Part shown: positions 23,201 through 35,200 of the stretch, one piece after another | How positions within the stretch are numbered: the first letter of the stretch is position 1 | How the letters are laid out: every line of letters starts with the position of its first letter | From: Sphaerodactylus townsendi | Lineage: Eukaryota | Assembly: GCF_021028975.2 (NCBI RefSeq) | Contig: NC_059429.1 | Span: 100,750,001-100,814,000, forward strand | DNA: 64,000 bases | Direction: 5' to 3' | Notes under the pieces: generated by a model | Databases searched by the model: none | Told to the model about the DNA's origin: nothing | What the model saw: the letters and a program-made list of their open reading frames with translations, nothing else | Translations under genes and position numbers: made by a program

Positions 23201-26200
23201 TAAAACAACAAGGGAAGGGAAAGAAAAAGGGAGTATAACAATATTAAATCAAGCAGTTAACTAACTTTTCAGGAGAATAAGAAAAAGAAAGGAAATTGAT
23301 AGGTGGAGAAAGCATTTAAACTGCAAGGTATACTTAATATTAATTAAAACCGGTTATATAAACACAAGGGAACAATAAACTTATGAAGGAGACATGCAGA
23401 AAGAAGGAAAACGGAAAATACATTCATGTATACAATTTGAAAAAGGCAATAATTATTTGACACAATACATAAACAAACCTACATTTTTATTAATCAGGAA
23501 CCAATGTGTAAATGGCAAAACTGTTGAGAAGAGAACTTGAATAATGTTCGTGTTTTTGGCTCTGGAGCCTGTTGCAACAGTCCAGCAAACGGTACAAGTG
23601 AGTTCGTGGCAAAAGTTCTGCGTAGGCACCCCCTTTGCTGATGAAAAAGTGAACGAGGCGACAGCGATCAGCTGGAACAGTTGCGTAGTTGCAAACACTT
23701 TGGTGGGAGGGGTGCAAAGACAGGTTCCATAAAGCGACATTTGTAAAGTCCAGCAACAGTGAGGGTCTATTGCAATGGAGCTTGCTTGCTTGCTTCGGTT
23801 CCCTAATGGCGACAACTGGCATCTGGGTTCCTGTAGCTTAGGACTAAAAACGGTTAAGGTAGGGGCAGAGGCCGTTAAGGGCATGCCTGAAAAGGGAACT
23901 CCGTTTGCGAAGCGTTCCGTAAATAGCAGTGCTGAATGGAGGCTGCTACGTTAATGGCATAGCCTTCTAGACAGTAGTAAAATAGATTAAAACTTGGAAT
24001 TTAACAAAAAAACCTTTGCGGTTGTGACACAGTTAAAAAATGGCCGAAACAAATACAATAATTTAGGCTAGCACCATAACTGAAAAAAAATTAAATTAGA
24101 TCAGGGCAGGGTGTAGGCCTTATGGGTAGAAGGGCAAACACATGTACGGTAAGTTGGCTACAAATAAACTGCATCGCTTAAATTCGTTGCAGGTCCTGTA
24201 GGCACCAAGAAGTCTGAGCCTGCCTTCTAACGTGGGCTGGCTTGTAAGAATTATGGGCATGCATTTCTAATGTGAAGGCTAAATCAAAATTTATCAACAA
24301 TGCATTGTGAATCAGTAATAATCATGAAAAAAACACATCAAATGTTTTGATAGAAGGAAAAATAAAAAGTAAAAGGCATTTCACTTTAGCCAAAAATAAA
24401 ACAAAAACAGAGCAAAAACAAATCCAAAGAGGTGGGGCTGGTAATCTGGAGCTTCTTGCTACAGTTGGGGAAAAAAGTTAATCCCTTTCACCCCCTTTAT
24501 CTGTGTAAGATCAGTTAATCAGGTGGATGAGTCTTGTAGTCTCTTATCACTTGAAGGTGTGGTTCAGTATTGGCTATGTCCCATTTCTAAAGCAGTTTGG
24601 AAACAGAGAGCTCGCCTTAGATTTCCCAAGAATAACTGCCTTTGAAACTGGAGGCTCTACTTTTGAGCTGTAGTCAGAGATTACAGAATTTAAAAGGTTC
24701 AAACATGTTTCCCAATTCTCTTTCTTTCCTTCAGCTGTAACAAGGATAATTAAAGTGCTCTTTCTTGGCACTAGATTTTTGTCAGACATTCTAGGTTCCT
24801 TGGAACAGCTATCTTATTCCTGTTTTGTTCTGTCACTGAGGCTTGCCTTTCCAGGGGCATCTGCAACCAACTGTACTCTATCTGGAGTCCTGAGTTCAGA
24901 ACTTTGCACATTCTCAGAGGCTATTATGACTTCTTTTGGTCTTTACTTTGAGGAAACTGAAGCAGCAAGCATCCTCTCATCTCCTTGAGAAGGAGGGGGA
25001 CTTGGGAGTGGCTCAGCTTTACTGGCTTCATTATTTTTCCTGTTGCTTTCTTCTTTAAATTTTATTTTAATTTCTGCACTTTGTAAATCAACTTTCATTT
25101 GAGCAGTTTCTGCCTTGTAGGTTTTTAACTCTGACTTAATTCTACCAAATTCACTCTGGGTTTGCATTTGGTCTTTGAGACAAGCTGTTACTTTTTCTCC
25201 AAGCTCCGATAGCTCTTGTTGAGCTGTTTAATTTCCAAATCTTGTTTCCTAATGCAGTGTTCCAAATGTTTAATCTTATTTTGCCTCCTAATGAGACTCT
25301 CCAGTTTCTCAATCTTGTGTTGCCAACTTTCCCATTCTCTCTTAGGGGAATCTGGGAGAACGTGTGTAGGTCTCTGGGTCTGGGTGGCAGGCTTCTCTAG
25401 CCCTTGGATTCCTATTCCTGCCTTTATTTCAACTCTCTGCCAGTGATCACTGGTGGTCTCTGGCTGGAGCCTTGTGGAACCTGCGCATCCCTAGCAAGAA
25501 TTACCTAATTCTTCGGAATGGGTGAGAGAGAGCACAGGTTTGGGCCCCTTCTGGGCCTGTTTCTCCAGGACATTAGGGAGAGAATTAAATCAAGATTTCT
25601 GTGGGCTGCTTGTCACATAGGGTCATGTCTGTATCTAGGTCCCTTAGCTTAGCCCAGATTTCTGCTCTTATGGCAGGGTTATGCCAAGGGGACTCCCTGG
25701 GTTCTAACACTTGCTGGGGAGCTGAGGAATCACTCTGTGACTCAGGCCTGTCCTGGAAATTATGTCCGAGGAAGCCCAAGAGTCCCTCGGGGTGAACGGA
25801 GGCAACTACTGCCGTTTGCATGTTCAATTGTTGTTTGAGGGCAGCTATTTCGTGGAGACAGGCGGCATGACTGACCTCTCGTTTCTGTGCCTTGTTCTCC
25901 AGGGCCATGAAACGTGCCGCATTGTGGGTATTATATAATTGCTCTTTGAGTCTTAGAAGTTCCTGGTCTCGGTCAGCAAGGAGCTGACATTTGCCAGTAT
26001 ATATATATATTGTATGAACTAGAAAAATCATATTAAATCTTTTATTCCATAAAGCAGGGTAGAAAGGGTAGGGCAACAGGTCCAGGTATTAAACTTAAAC
26101 ATTGTATATTTAATCTGATAAAACTCTAGATTTAACAGTGTTTGCCTCCTCACTGTTCGGGATTCTCACACGTTCATTAATTTCGAAAATGTATACTAAT

Positions 26201-29200
26201 ATTTATTAATTAATTAAATGTATAATTAATATTGATTAATTAATTATATTTTTATCTTGCCTTCCTGGCTAAAGCAAGGTTCAGAGTGGCTAACAGTGTG
26301 AAAACCATAAATAACCTATATCTAATTAAAATATTAAATTATTAATAAAGTTACATCACCTGATCATGGGTTCCAGATGTATGATTTCTGATTTATACCC
26401 AGCATGAGGAGCCACAGAACATTCACTTTCCTTTTTGGGTCTTACTCATTCTGTTAAAATAGAAGGACTTGGAACAGCACTGTTGGTTGGTAGAATGATG
26501 TTTCAGTCCTAGGTAGGCACTAAGACCCAAATGGAGCATTCTAAAACAAAGACGGTCCAGCATGTGGTGAATGGGTTTAACAATTTTGGAGTTTTTGTTT
26601 CTTTTGGTGAGACAAAGTATAGTTGATTAGTCTGAGAAACACCATCTCTCTTTTTTTTCCACAGGTGTGAAGAAAGGAGATAGAGTTTCTATCTACATGC
26701 CAATGATTATTGAACTGGTGATAGCTATGCTGGCTTGTGCCAGAATTGGAGCACTTCATTCCATTGTGGTAGGAATTTTTGGTGTCAGTTCTGCCATGAA
26801 CTGCCTATTGAAATGGACTGCAGCCGCAGTAGATAACTAGTGGAATAAAGCTGGTTACTTAATTTGATGTTTCTGATTTGTTTGTTTTTTGGTTTGGAAT
26901 CTTCCTTTTGACTGAGCCGATGCTAGTGTAACCATTTTATGTTTTCAGGGAGAACCTCAGCGGGCTGGGTAGTCTTTTTGGGGAATTTGTGCTCTCACTT
27001 CTTGGTGATGCTTTAGGCTTCCTCTCTAGTTTCAGTGATCTTTACTATAGAGACTAGGGGGAATTCCTACAACCATTTTTTTCCAGTTCCTTAGGGGTGG
27101 GAAATTTGGGCTTGAAATTTCTACCCTGGGCAGGTAAATTGTGGCAGTCAATCTTTCTGGGAACCTTGTATTTCATCACTAAAATTTGGATTGAGAAACG
27201 GCTGAAAAAATTCCAAGAGGCTTTAAGATTCCCCACAGCACAAATGTGAAAATTACTAGTTAGTCTGGAGTGCTAGTACTGAGAGTGTTCCTGTTTGCAA
27301 CTGTAATTAAAAATGGTTTCATTTCAGTGACTGAATTGAGTGATTGTGTTGTCTTGTCAGTTCGCAGGTTTTTCATCAGAATCTCTTTGTGAGAGGATTC
27401 TTGATTCTCACTGTTCTCTTCTCATTACTGCAGGTAAAAAGCCTCCTCTAAATCTAGTTATCAAAATACTTCAAGCTTTAGGATTAACAGTTAATGAGGA
27501 AAAAGACATTCAAGCAACTGGATTTTTTTTTAGGGGAAGAGGGAGAAGGGGATGATGGGTAGCATGTTTAAGCCTTGCTTTGCATCCAGGTTGGCTCTGA
27601 AAGCAGACTTCATTAACCCAACAGCCCTTTACCATGTAGTAGTACATAACAATATACAATTCAGACAATGCAACTTGTGGAACTCTAATGAAGAAACAAA
27701 GTCTTGCTTCTAGGTAGAAGTGAACCCTCACCAGTACTAGAAAAATTATATTCTTCAGAGATCCATGCGTTCAAGAAGAGGAAATGGATAATTAAAGGAT
27801 GGAACCTTTGCCCTCATTCCAAACCTGAAGCGCTGAGTTGCACTTCTCTCCCCAAACCTCCTGCTGACCTAGCTTCTCTACTGTTAAAGTACTATTCCTT
27901 GGAAGCTCTTGGTAGTTATTGATGATGTTGTATTAAAACAGTATCCTACTTTTTTATTCGGTGACTCCCTCAGATGTTTATTGCCAACATGTATTTGAAA
28001 TTGATTGTTTATTAGCCTTGCTTTTAACGCTGCTTTGGGGATGGTGATGTTAGACATTCCACTTCGGCTGCCATACTGAAATAATAATAATAAAAAGCCC
28101 CGCGGCATTTTTGTGATGTCTAGTAACTTGGCAGTTGCAACTGTGCCTTTTAGTTTCCTAAGAAAGTATTTTTTAAGAGCTTACATATTAGACCTTTGGC
28201 AGTTGCCCCATATTTTTATGTCCCAGTGATGACTCTGTTAAAGAACCAATTCATGGCAAAGGGCTGTTTGGGCCATGCAGATTTCTGGTTGCTCCCTAAA
28301 GAATATTCCAAGTATTGTTCACTTGAGCCCCTTCCATGGATGAAGTTTTACTGATTTCCTCAGAGGCATCTATTGATTGTCTTTATTTGCAAACTTTCCT
28401 TTAAGTTAATTTAATTGTTTATACTCTTTTTTCTTTTCTTTAAGTCCATATGGTTCCTTTTCTTTTAACTACCTTCAAGTTCTTGCAGGCTGCTCTGGAA
28501 AGCCAGTTTAATGATTTACTTTCCATTTTGTAGATGCCTTTTATAGAGGTGATAAGCTAATTAACCTGAAGCAGATAGCAGATGAAGCCTTGCAGAAATG
28601 TAAAGACAAGTAAGTCCATTGGAATGAAGTGGTTCCTGTTGGAAGCTTCTGCTTTTGTGTAGATGTAAATGTTGGCAGTTACGATCTTTAAAATGCCATA
28701 GCTCAGTGGTATGGATGGATATTTGGGAAAAAATTACAGAAATTCTATTAACCTTTTGCTCTTGTGAGAGGCTCTTTTGAAAGCACCTATAACTGCTTTA
28801 GGCAGTCGTTTTCATTTGATCAGTTAGCTGCTTATAAATCAGGAGGAGACGGTGTTCTAGCATAAAATACTGTTAATGGTTAATTGGAACAGAGAAGTAA
28901 ACATGCTCCCATATCAGTAAAAACTATATAGAGATAAAATGTGACTTAACATGGCTCAATTCAGACATCATCACAAACTAGGAGTGCCTGATGGCTGCCC
29001 AGCAATCCTGGGAACTTTGAGGGCAAGGCAAGAGGCAGATGCAGCATTGGGCTGTTTGCTGACATCACTGCTAGGTTTTTGCCTGGACATGATGTCAACA
29101 TATAGATGAATGTTATTTCTACCTCCCACTGTTTCTCCTGCAAGACTAGGAGGCAAGATTGGGGGTGGGGCTTAAACCTGAAGCAGGCATTGGCAAGCCT

Positions 29201-32200
29201 ACCTCAAACCATGGTTAAGGAAGCTTAACTTAGGCTGTTTCCGCACAGCCCAATACACTGTCCCTAGGGCGCTGTTTACACAGCTGTTATTGCTGCATTG
29301 CAGCAGTGCTGTGCTCGTGCCGCCCAAGTGGTGTGAAGACGCCGCTTTTGAACCTCGCTCAGGGAGCGAGGGTTTTCAAAAGCAGCGTCTTCCTGCCAGG
29401 GCGGTGCGACCCCCCAGGGGTCGGAGGGCAGTGTGGGCGTGTCTTTCCAGCCATGCAGAGCTGCGTAGGAAGGAAAGGTAAGTGCCTCGCAAACACCCTG
29501 GGCAGCTCTGTGCAGAGCCGCCCCTGCAGGCATCAGCAGCACTGGGACTGCCCGCACGGGACTGTGTGAGCAGTTTGTCAATGGATGCAACGTGCACAAT
29601 CACTGCAGAAATAAACGCGCTGCATCAACCGCTTATTATTATCAATATTCCAACAAACATTAAAGTGCAAAAACCAACTGTGCAATGATGACATACAACT
29701 CAATACGATATACCACATAAATCACAATAGCAGCTCTTTGGTGTCGTCTTCAACAGTTCTCTTAATTTCTCAGTCCATATACATACTAGGACGAAATCTC
29801 TCTCATGAAGACTATCAACCAATTTCAACGTGCTGCGTTCCCTGTATTCCGTCAACCTGACTTGTTGTACATCTGGTGAATAAGCGGACTGGTCTTGGCC
29901 AAGTCCGATCGACCCAATGTATACACAATTAACGGATCGCGCTATTGTAACCGTTTTCGATTCGATCTTCTTCAGATTATGATTTAAATTCGACAGTCTT
30001 GGTTGGGATAATCCAGGGGTAGGGAACCTGCGGCTCTCCAGATGTTCAGGAACTACAATTCCCATCAGCCCCTACCAGCATGGCCAATTGGCCATGCTGA
30101 CAGAGGCTGATGGGAATTGTAGTTCCTGAACATCTGGAGAGCCGCAGGTTCCCTACCCCTGGGATAATCCTTCAAGGTGATATAATCTGAAGAAGATCGA
30201 ATCGAAAACAGTTACAATAGCGCGATCCGTTAATTGTGTATACATTGGTCGATTGGACTTGGCCAAGACCAGTCCGCTTATCCACCAGACATACAACAAG
30301 TCAGGTTGAACGCAGCACGTTGAAATTGGTTGATAGTCTTCATGAGAGAGATTTCGTCCTAGTATGTATATGGACTGAGAAATTAAGAGAACTGTTGAAG
30401 ACGACACCAAAGAGCTGCTATTGTGATTTATGTGGTATATTGTATTGAGTTGTATGTCATCATTGCACAGTTGGTTTTTGCACTTTAATTCACTGTTTGC
30501 ACTTTAATGTTTGTTGGAATATTGATAATAATAAGCGATTGATGCAGCGCGTTTGTTTCTGCAGTGACTGTGTGAGCAGTCCCGATGCTCCACGACTTTA
30601 TTTAAGCAGGTGGGAGTCTGCTGCTCTGGCCATGCGGAAACGGCCTTAGTGTAATTTACAAACCAAATTTTGTGATTGGCTAGCAAACCAGAATTGGAAA
30701 CCATAGCATGGAGGGCTCTTTTTCGTGAGTTATAGTTTTAACCAAATATGGTTTACTGTCATGGCCTACTTGAAGAACCAAAGTTACAGCTGCTATGTGG
30801 AGGTCGCTGAACCTAGAGATAGGCATGCTGAACAGATGGAAAGTAGGAACAGACTTGTAAACTTAGGATGCCTGACTGTTCAGAAGAGTGAACTCCATGA
30901 TGTAGATTTTAAAAAATGATTAATGATGTAAGCCATGACTTTGTGTGATTTTGAAATGACCTACTGATGCCTGAGATAAATTTGCTGTAATGCAACTGGT
31001 AAACTGCCTCCACCCCCAACAACTTTGCTACCCAGACCTTTTTTATCATGTTGATTAACATACTTTTTTATACCATAAACACTCATTTCTTCACTCTAGA
31101 GAAAGATTTCCCAATGATTGCAGTAGAAGGGGAGCTACAGGCAGATCAGTGGACCATTTTGCCCAATACTTGGCAGGTGCCCCCAACCTTATATTCTGTT
31201 TTACACTGGTCTATGATTTTGGAAGAATCTGAATTCATACTGACAGAACTTAATTTCCACTTCCTGATTTGAGATCCCCCCCCCCCCTTGGATAAAAATG
31301 GCAAGCGGCTTATACATGTAGTCAGCTTGCAGAGTGGCTACAAAGGTCCCTGATGTCTTGAAATCCTGTATTTACCTTTAGGGAGGGTGTAGCAAAAATG
31401 TTTTCATAATTTTGAAAGTGGATGTTGGTCTCTGCAGATTGGGGCATTCACTCAGGTTAGGACCTCCAATGTTTGCAGCGAGACTCTGATATCCCTGCTG
31501 CTTTGTAATTGCTCTTATTCAGCTATGTATAGCAACGCACCCTGCATTGTCTGCTGAGTAAAGCTGGAAGGGCATTTATCAGTTGATTTGTAGAACCACA
31601 TGTTTTTTGTAGTAGATTTCGTCTTGGCTTAACACTGTGGTTTCTCTTATAGACTGAAGTTTTCTTGAACCGGAATATCCTCCTTCATTCATGTTTTTCT
31701 ACCTATGATTCAAGCTAATGATTTCACTTTTCTTCCCCTTGTAGGGATGCTCCTCTGCAAAGGTGCATTGTGGTCAAGCATTTAGGGAGGGAAGAACTGT
31801 TATCAGATGGGCCCAGCAGCAAATCCCCACCTCTTAAGAGACTCTGTCAAAGTGTACAGGTGGGTGGCTTTGTTTAATTTGTCCTAAAGATCTGTTTGAG
31901 ATTTAAATACACACTGCTTTTGAGAGAGGCTCTAAGTCTTCTTACTGTGGGGATTTCAGGTATCGTTATGGAGAACTTGATTGTCAAGTCGCAATTTAGT
32001 GTTTTGAAATGCAACTCTGTCTCACATAGCATTTGTATTGCATCTGTGTGTGATATGATTGTGTAACTCTCTGAAGCACCTGTTCATTAGTACCTGTAAA
32101 GTTACTGGTGACAGGAGCTGTCCAATTAATTTTGCTTTTGATTATTTTTCTCTTTCTAGGGTGAGAAATGTCAAAAGAGTGCTCATAAAAAGAAAGCAAA

Positions 32201-35200
32201 GCAGTAAACATGAACAAGGCTATTTTTCTCCTTCTGTGGCCTGCTATTTTCTTATGTTCCAAAACCTTATTTCAATTTTAATGTAATTTTTAATTCATCT
32301 ACAGCGTTTAATCATCATTTGTTTCATATCTGAACAGTCACTTATCAAAACAGGTGCAAAGCTAAAAGTTGGCACACTTTATTTTAAACATTTGTGTGCT
32401 ACCTTTCCCCTCAGATATGGTGTGCAGAGCAGCAAGCATCAAAACGTTAAAATATTTTAAACATTAAAGCAGCATTTAAGTTAAGGCATTTGTGGGTTGC
32501 CACCTGTGGGTTGCCATCAAACAACAGAGACACCCAAATCAGAAACCCTAAAGATTACTGGAGTAGACAGGTAGGTTCATATGGGAGAAGGTTCTTCTTC
32601 ATGTAAGTAGGCCCCAAGCCATGTAGGACTTTGAAGGTCTTTCCCACATCTTGAATTGATCCCGAAAGCAAATTAGAAGTCATTGTAGACTTCCAGTCAG
32701 TGTAGCTTCCAGACTGTCTTCAAGGGAAGCCACACATTCAGCATATGCAGTAATCTAATCTAGATGTTGGCAGGGCATACACTACAGGGAAAGACTTTTG
32801 TAGTGACACATACTCAAGATAGACTTGTTACCAGAAAGGTACTTTTCACATTTCTTCCTTGGAACTAGTGAACTGAAGTCTTATTTCATGAAAACAGGCA
32901 GTATTCAGACAGACAGCAAGCCACACCAACTGTATGATAACATGGAAGGGTATAGGAGTTCCTTTTCTAATCTGCTAGGATGTGGCAGTGCTTGCAGAAT
33001 GCAAACTACTTACACGTGTGTATTTATTCATTCCAGGGTGTTCTCTTCTTTCCACAAAAGAATAAAAGGAATTTATATGTGCAAAGGACAGGCATTTCCA
33101 GCCCAGCAGTGGTACCTTCCTGTACCATTATGTTTGCACGGATCTTCTGCTATTGTTTTAGAACTAGGAGCTCTAATGACCCTAGTTCTGATAAAAGAAG
33201 CAACTTTATTAGTGGAGCTGGAAAACTACTAGGTAGAAATCAATCTTGGCAGCAATACTCCACATTGCCAGCCAGGCTGTCTGGGTTGCTCCCAGTTGCT
33301 TATGCCCATTTTATCATAAATGTGATATGTCAATATTGTCAATATTGACTCCTATGTCAATATTGCCTCCTACAAAACACCCTTCTAGTTTCAGATCTGC
33401 TTTGTTAATACCCAGTGCTAACTGTTATCTCCTGTCATAGCTCCAGGGGAATGTGTGTGTTTTGGCAAGTTTCCATGAGCACAGAGGTCTCCAGAGCCTG
33501 GCTTCTGTGTTAGAGACTGTTCTGTAGGACAGTATATTCACAGCCTTGTCACAGCCAAGTGACCCTCTTTCCAGAGAATTTTCCATGCAGGTGTACCTTA
33601 ATGCCCACTGTGAGCAATTCTTGGGCCAAGAGTTGATCAACAACTTTGAGTTGTTGACTTTGATCTCATTCTCACTGAACAGGTAAACTGATAAACCTGG
33701 ATTGTAGCACGTCAGAAAAGGTTTACATGGTTGAATGCTTATCAGTACAAAAAGCATCAGCTTTCTCCATGACACTTCAGCTTTCTATGTATCACAAAAT
33801 TATTTTGTGAAGAAGCAATGTGTTGCGTAACCCCGCTTGCCTTGTGAAATGGTACAATCTGTACACAAGCATACTATCTCAGTAAGTACTCGGTTTTTGG
33901 TGTTGGCAAAACTCATAAGAGCCCTGCTGGACCAAACCAATGGACCAGATATTTAATAACTAGACTCCATCTAGTCCATCATCCCTTTCCACACACCGGC
34001 CAACCAGTTTCAATGCAGGGCCAACAAATAGCCCTTGGAGGCTGATACTTTCTCTTATTGTCTCAGAATATGGAGGGTCCCTTTATTCACTGTGACTAAT
34101 AGCTACTGATGGACCTCACTGTGACTAATAGCTACTGATGGACCTACACCGCCCAGAGCCCCTCGGGGATTGGGCGGTATAAAAATCCAAATAATAAATA
34201 AATAAATAAATATCTTTCATGAACTGGTCTTTCACCTTTTTACAGCCATCCATGCTGTTGACCATTACTTACTTGTTGAGTAAAGAAATATTACCTTTTT
34301 TCTGTCCATTACATTGAAATATCCCTTTACTAGCCTCATAGCAATTCCTTTTGTGGGTTCCAGCAACAATTTAGGAGCCCCTTTTCCTATGTCTTCATCC
34401 CATAGTACCTCTGTAACACTTTAAGCTCAGGTTATGCAGGTATTCACTGTGCCATTGTGAGCCAATTGAGGCTGGCAATTATCAGATGGCAGCACCTGTG
34501 TCATGCCCCCCTCCTCTCCCACATAATGCCAATCTTGTTAGTTAATTTATTTTATTTCTACCACACAGCTTTCCTGGTAAAGCTGGCCAAGAGTGGCTTC
34601 CACCAGTTGTACATATAAAATAAATATTACAGATATTTAATAACACAATTCAACCTACTATTATTAAACCCTAAATTATAAATGTTACACTTGTAAATGT
34701 TACATGAGTTTGTCTTTTTGGATGGAGCCACAGGAAAAAAGCTCCACATTGTTTGTGTAATGTGTGAAACGTTCCCACAGATGCGGTCACTTCTCTGACA
34801 CTTGTTTCCTGTCAGTTACGTTTAATTTGCTATTGCTCCCTTACTAGCTTCTTGTCTAGCAAGTCAAAAGGGGAGGGCTAAATATATTGTAGTAAATAAA
34901 TCAGTTGCCTTTTTGAATTCCTGTTGGTCCCTTCCTTTTTCACCCAAAGTCCCCATACTCGTTGCCCCATTAGACATGTTTGTAGTGTGGAAATTAAGAT
35001 GTTGGCAATATTTTTAAGTGGCAAGTCTTGATCCAATAGGCTTCTTACAGCTTATGGTACAGGATTTTTTCTTGGGGAAACAATAATTGTGTGAGGATGC
35101 TTTGTTCTTCTTTTCAGTCTCATTGGTATAACTGACAGAAACATTTCCAGAAGCCTTTCATTTGTCAAGGTGGGGTGTAGTGAGCAGCTAGAAGGAATAT

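Larger units (their letters stand above)
29233..30645. mobile_element. PIF/Harbinger non-autonomous element hosting the foldback insert
   Basis: TIRs ggctgtttccgcacagcc / ggccatgcggaaacggcc; TSD TTA (29230-29232, 30646-30648). Confidence 0.85.

Noticed and set aside
29700-30448. Mirror ORFs in the foldback arms as a real protein
   Set aside because: Their starts lie in the MITE or differ between the arms, and an indel shifts the frame; no recognisable domain.
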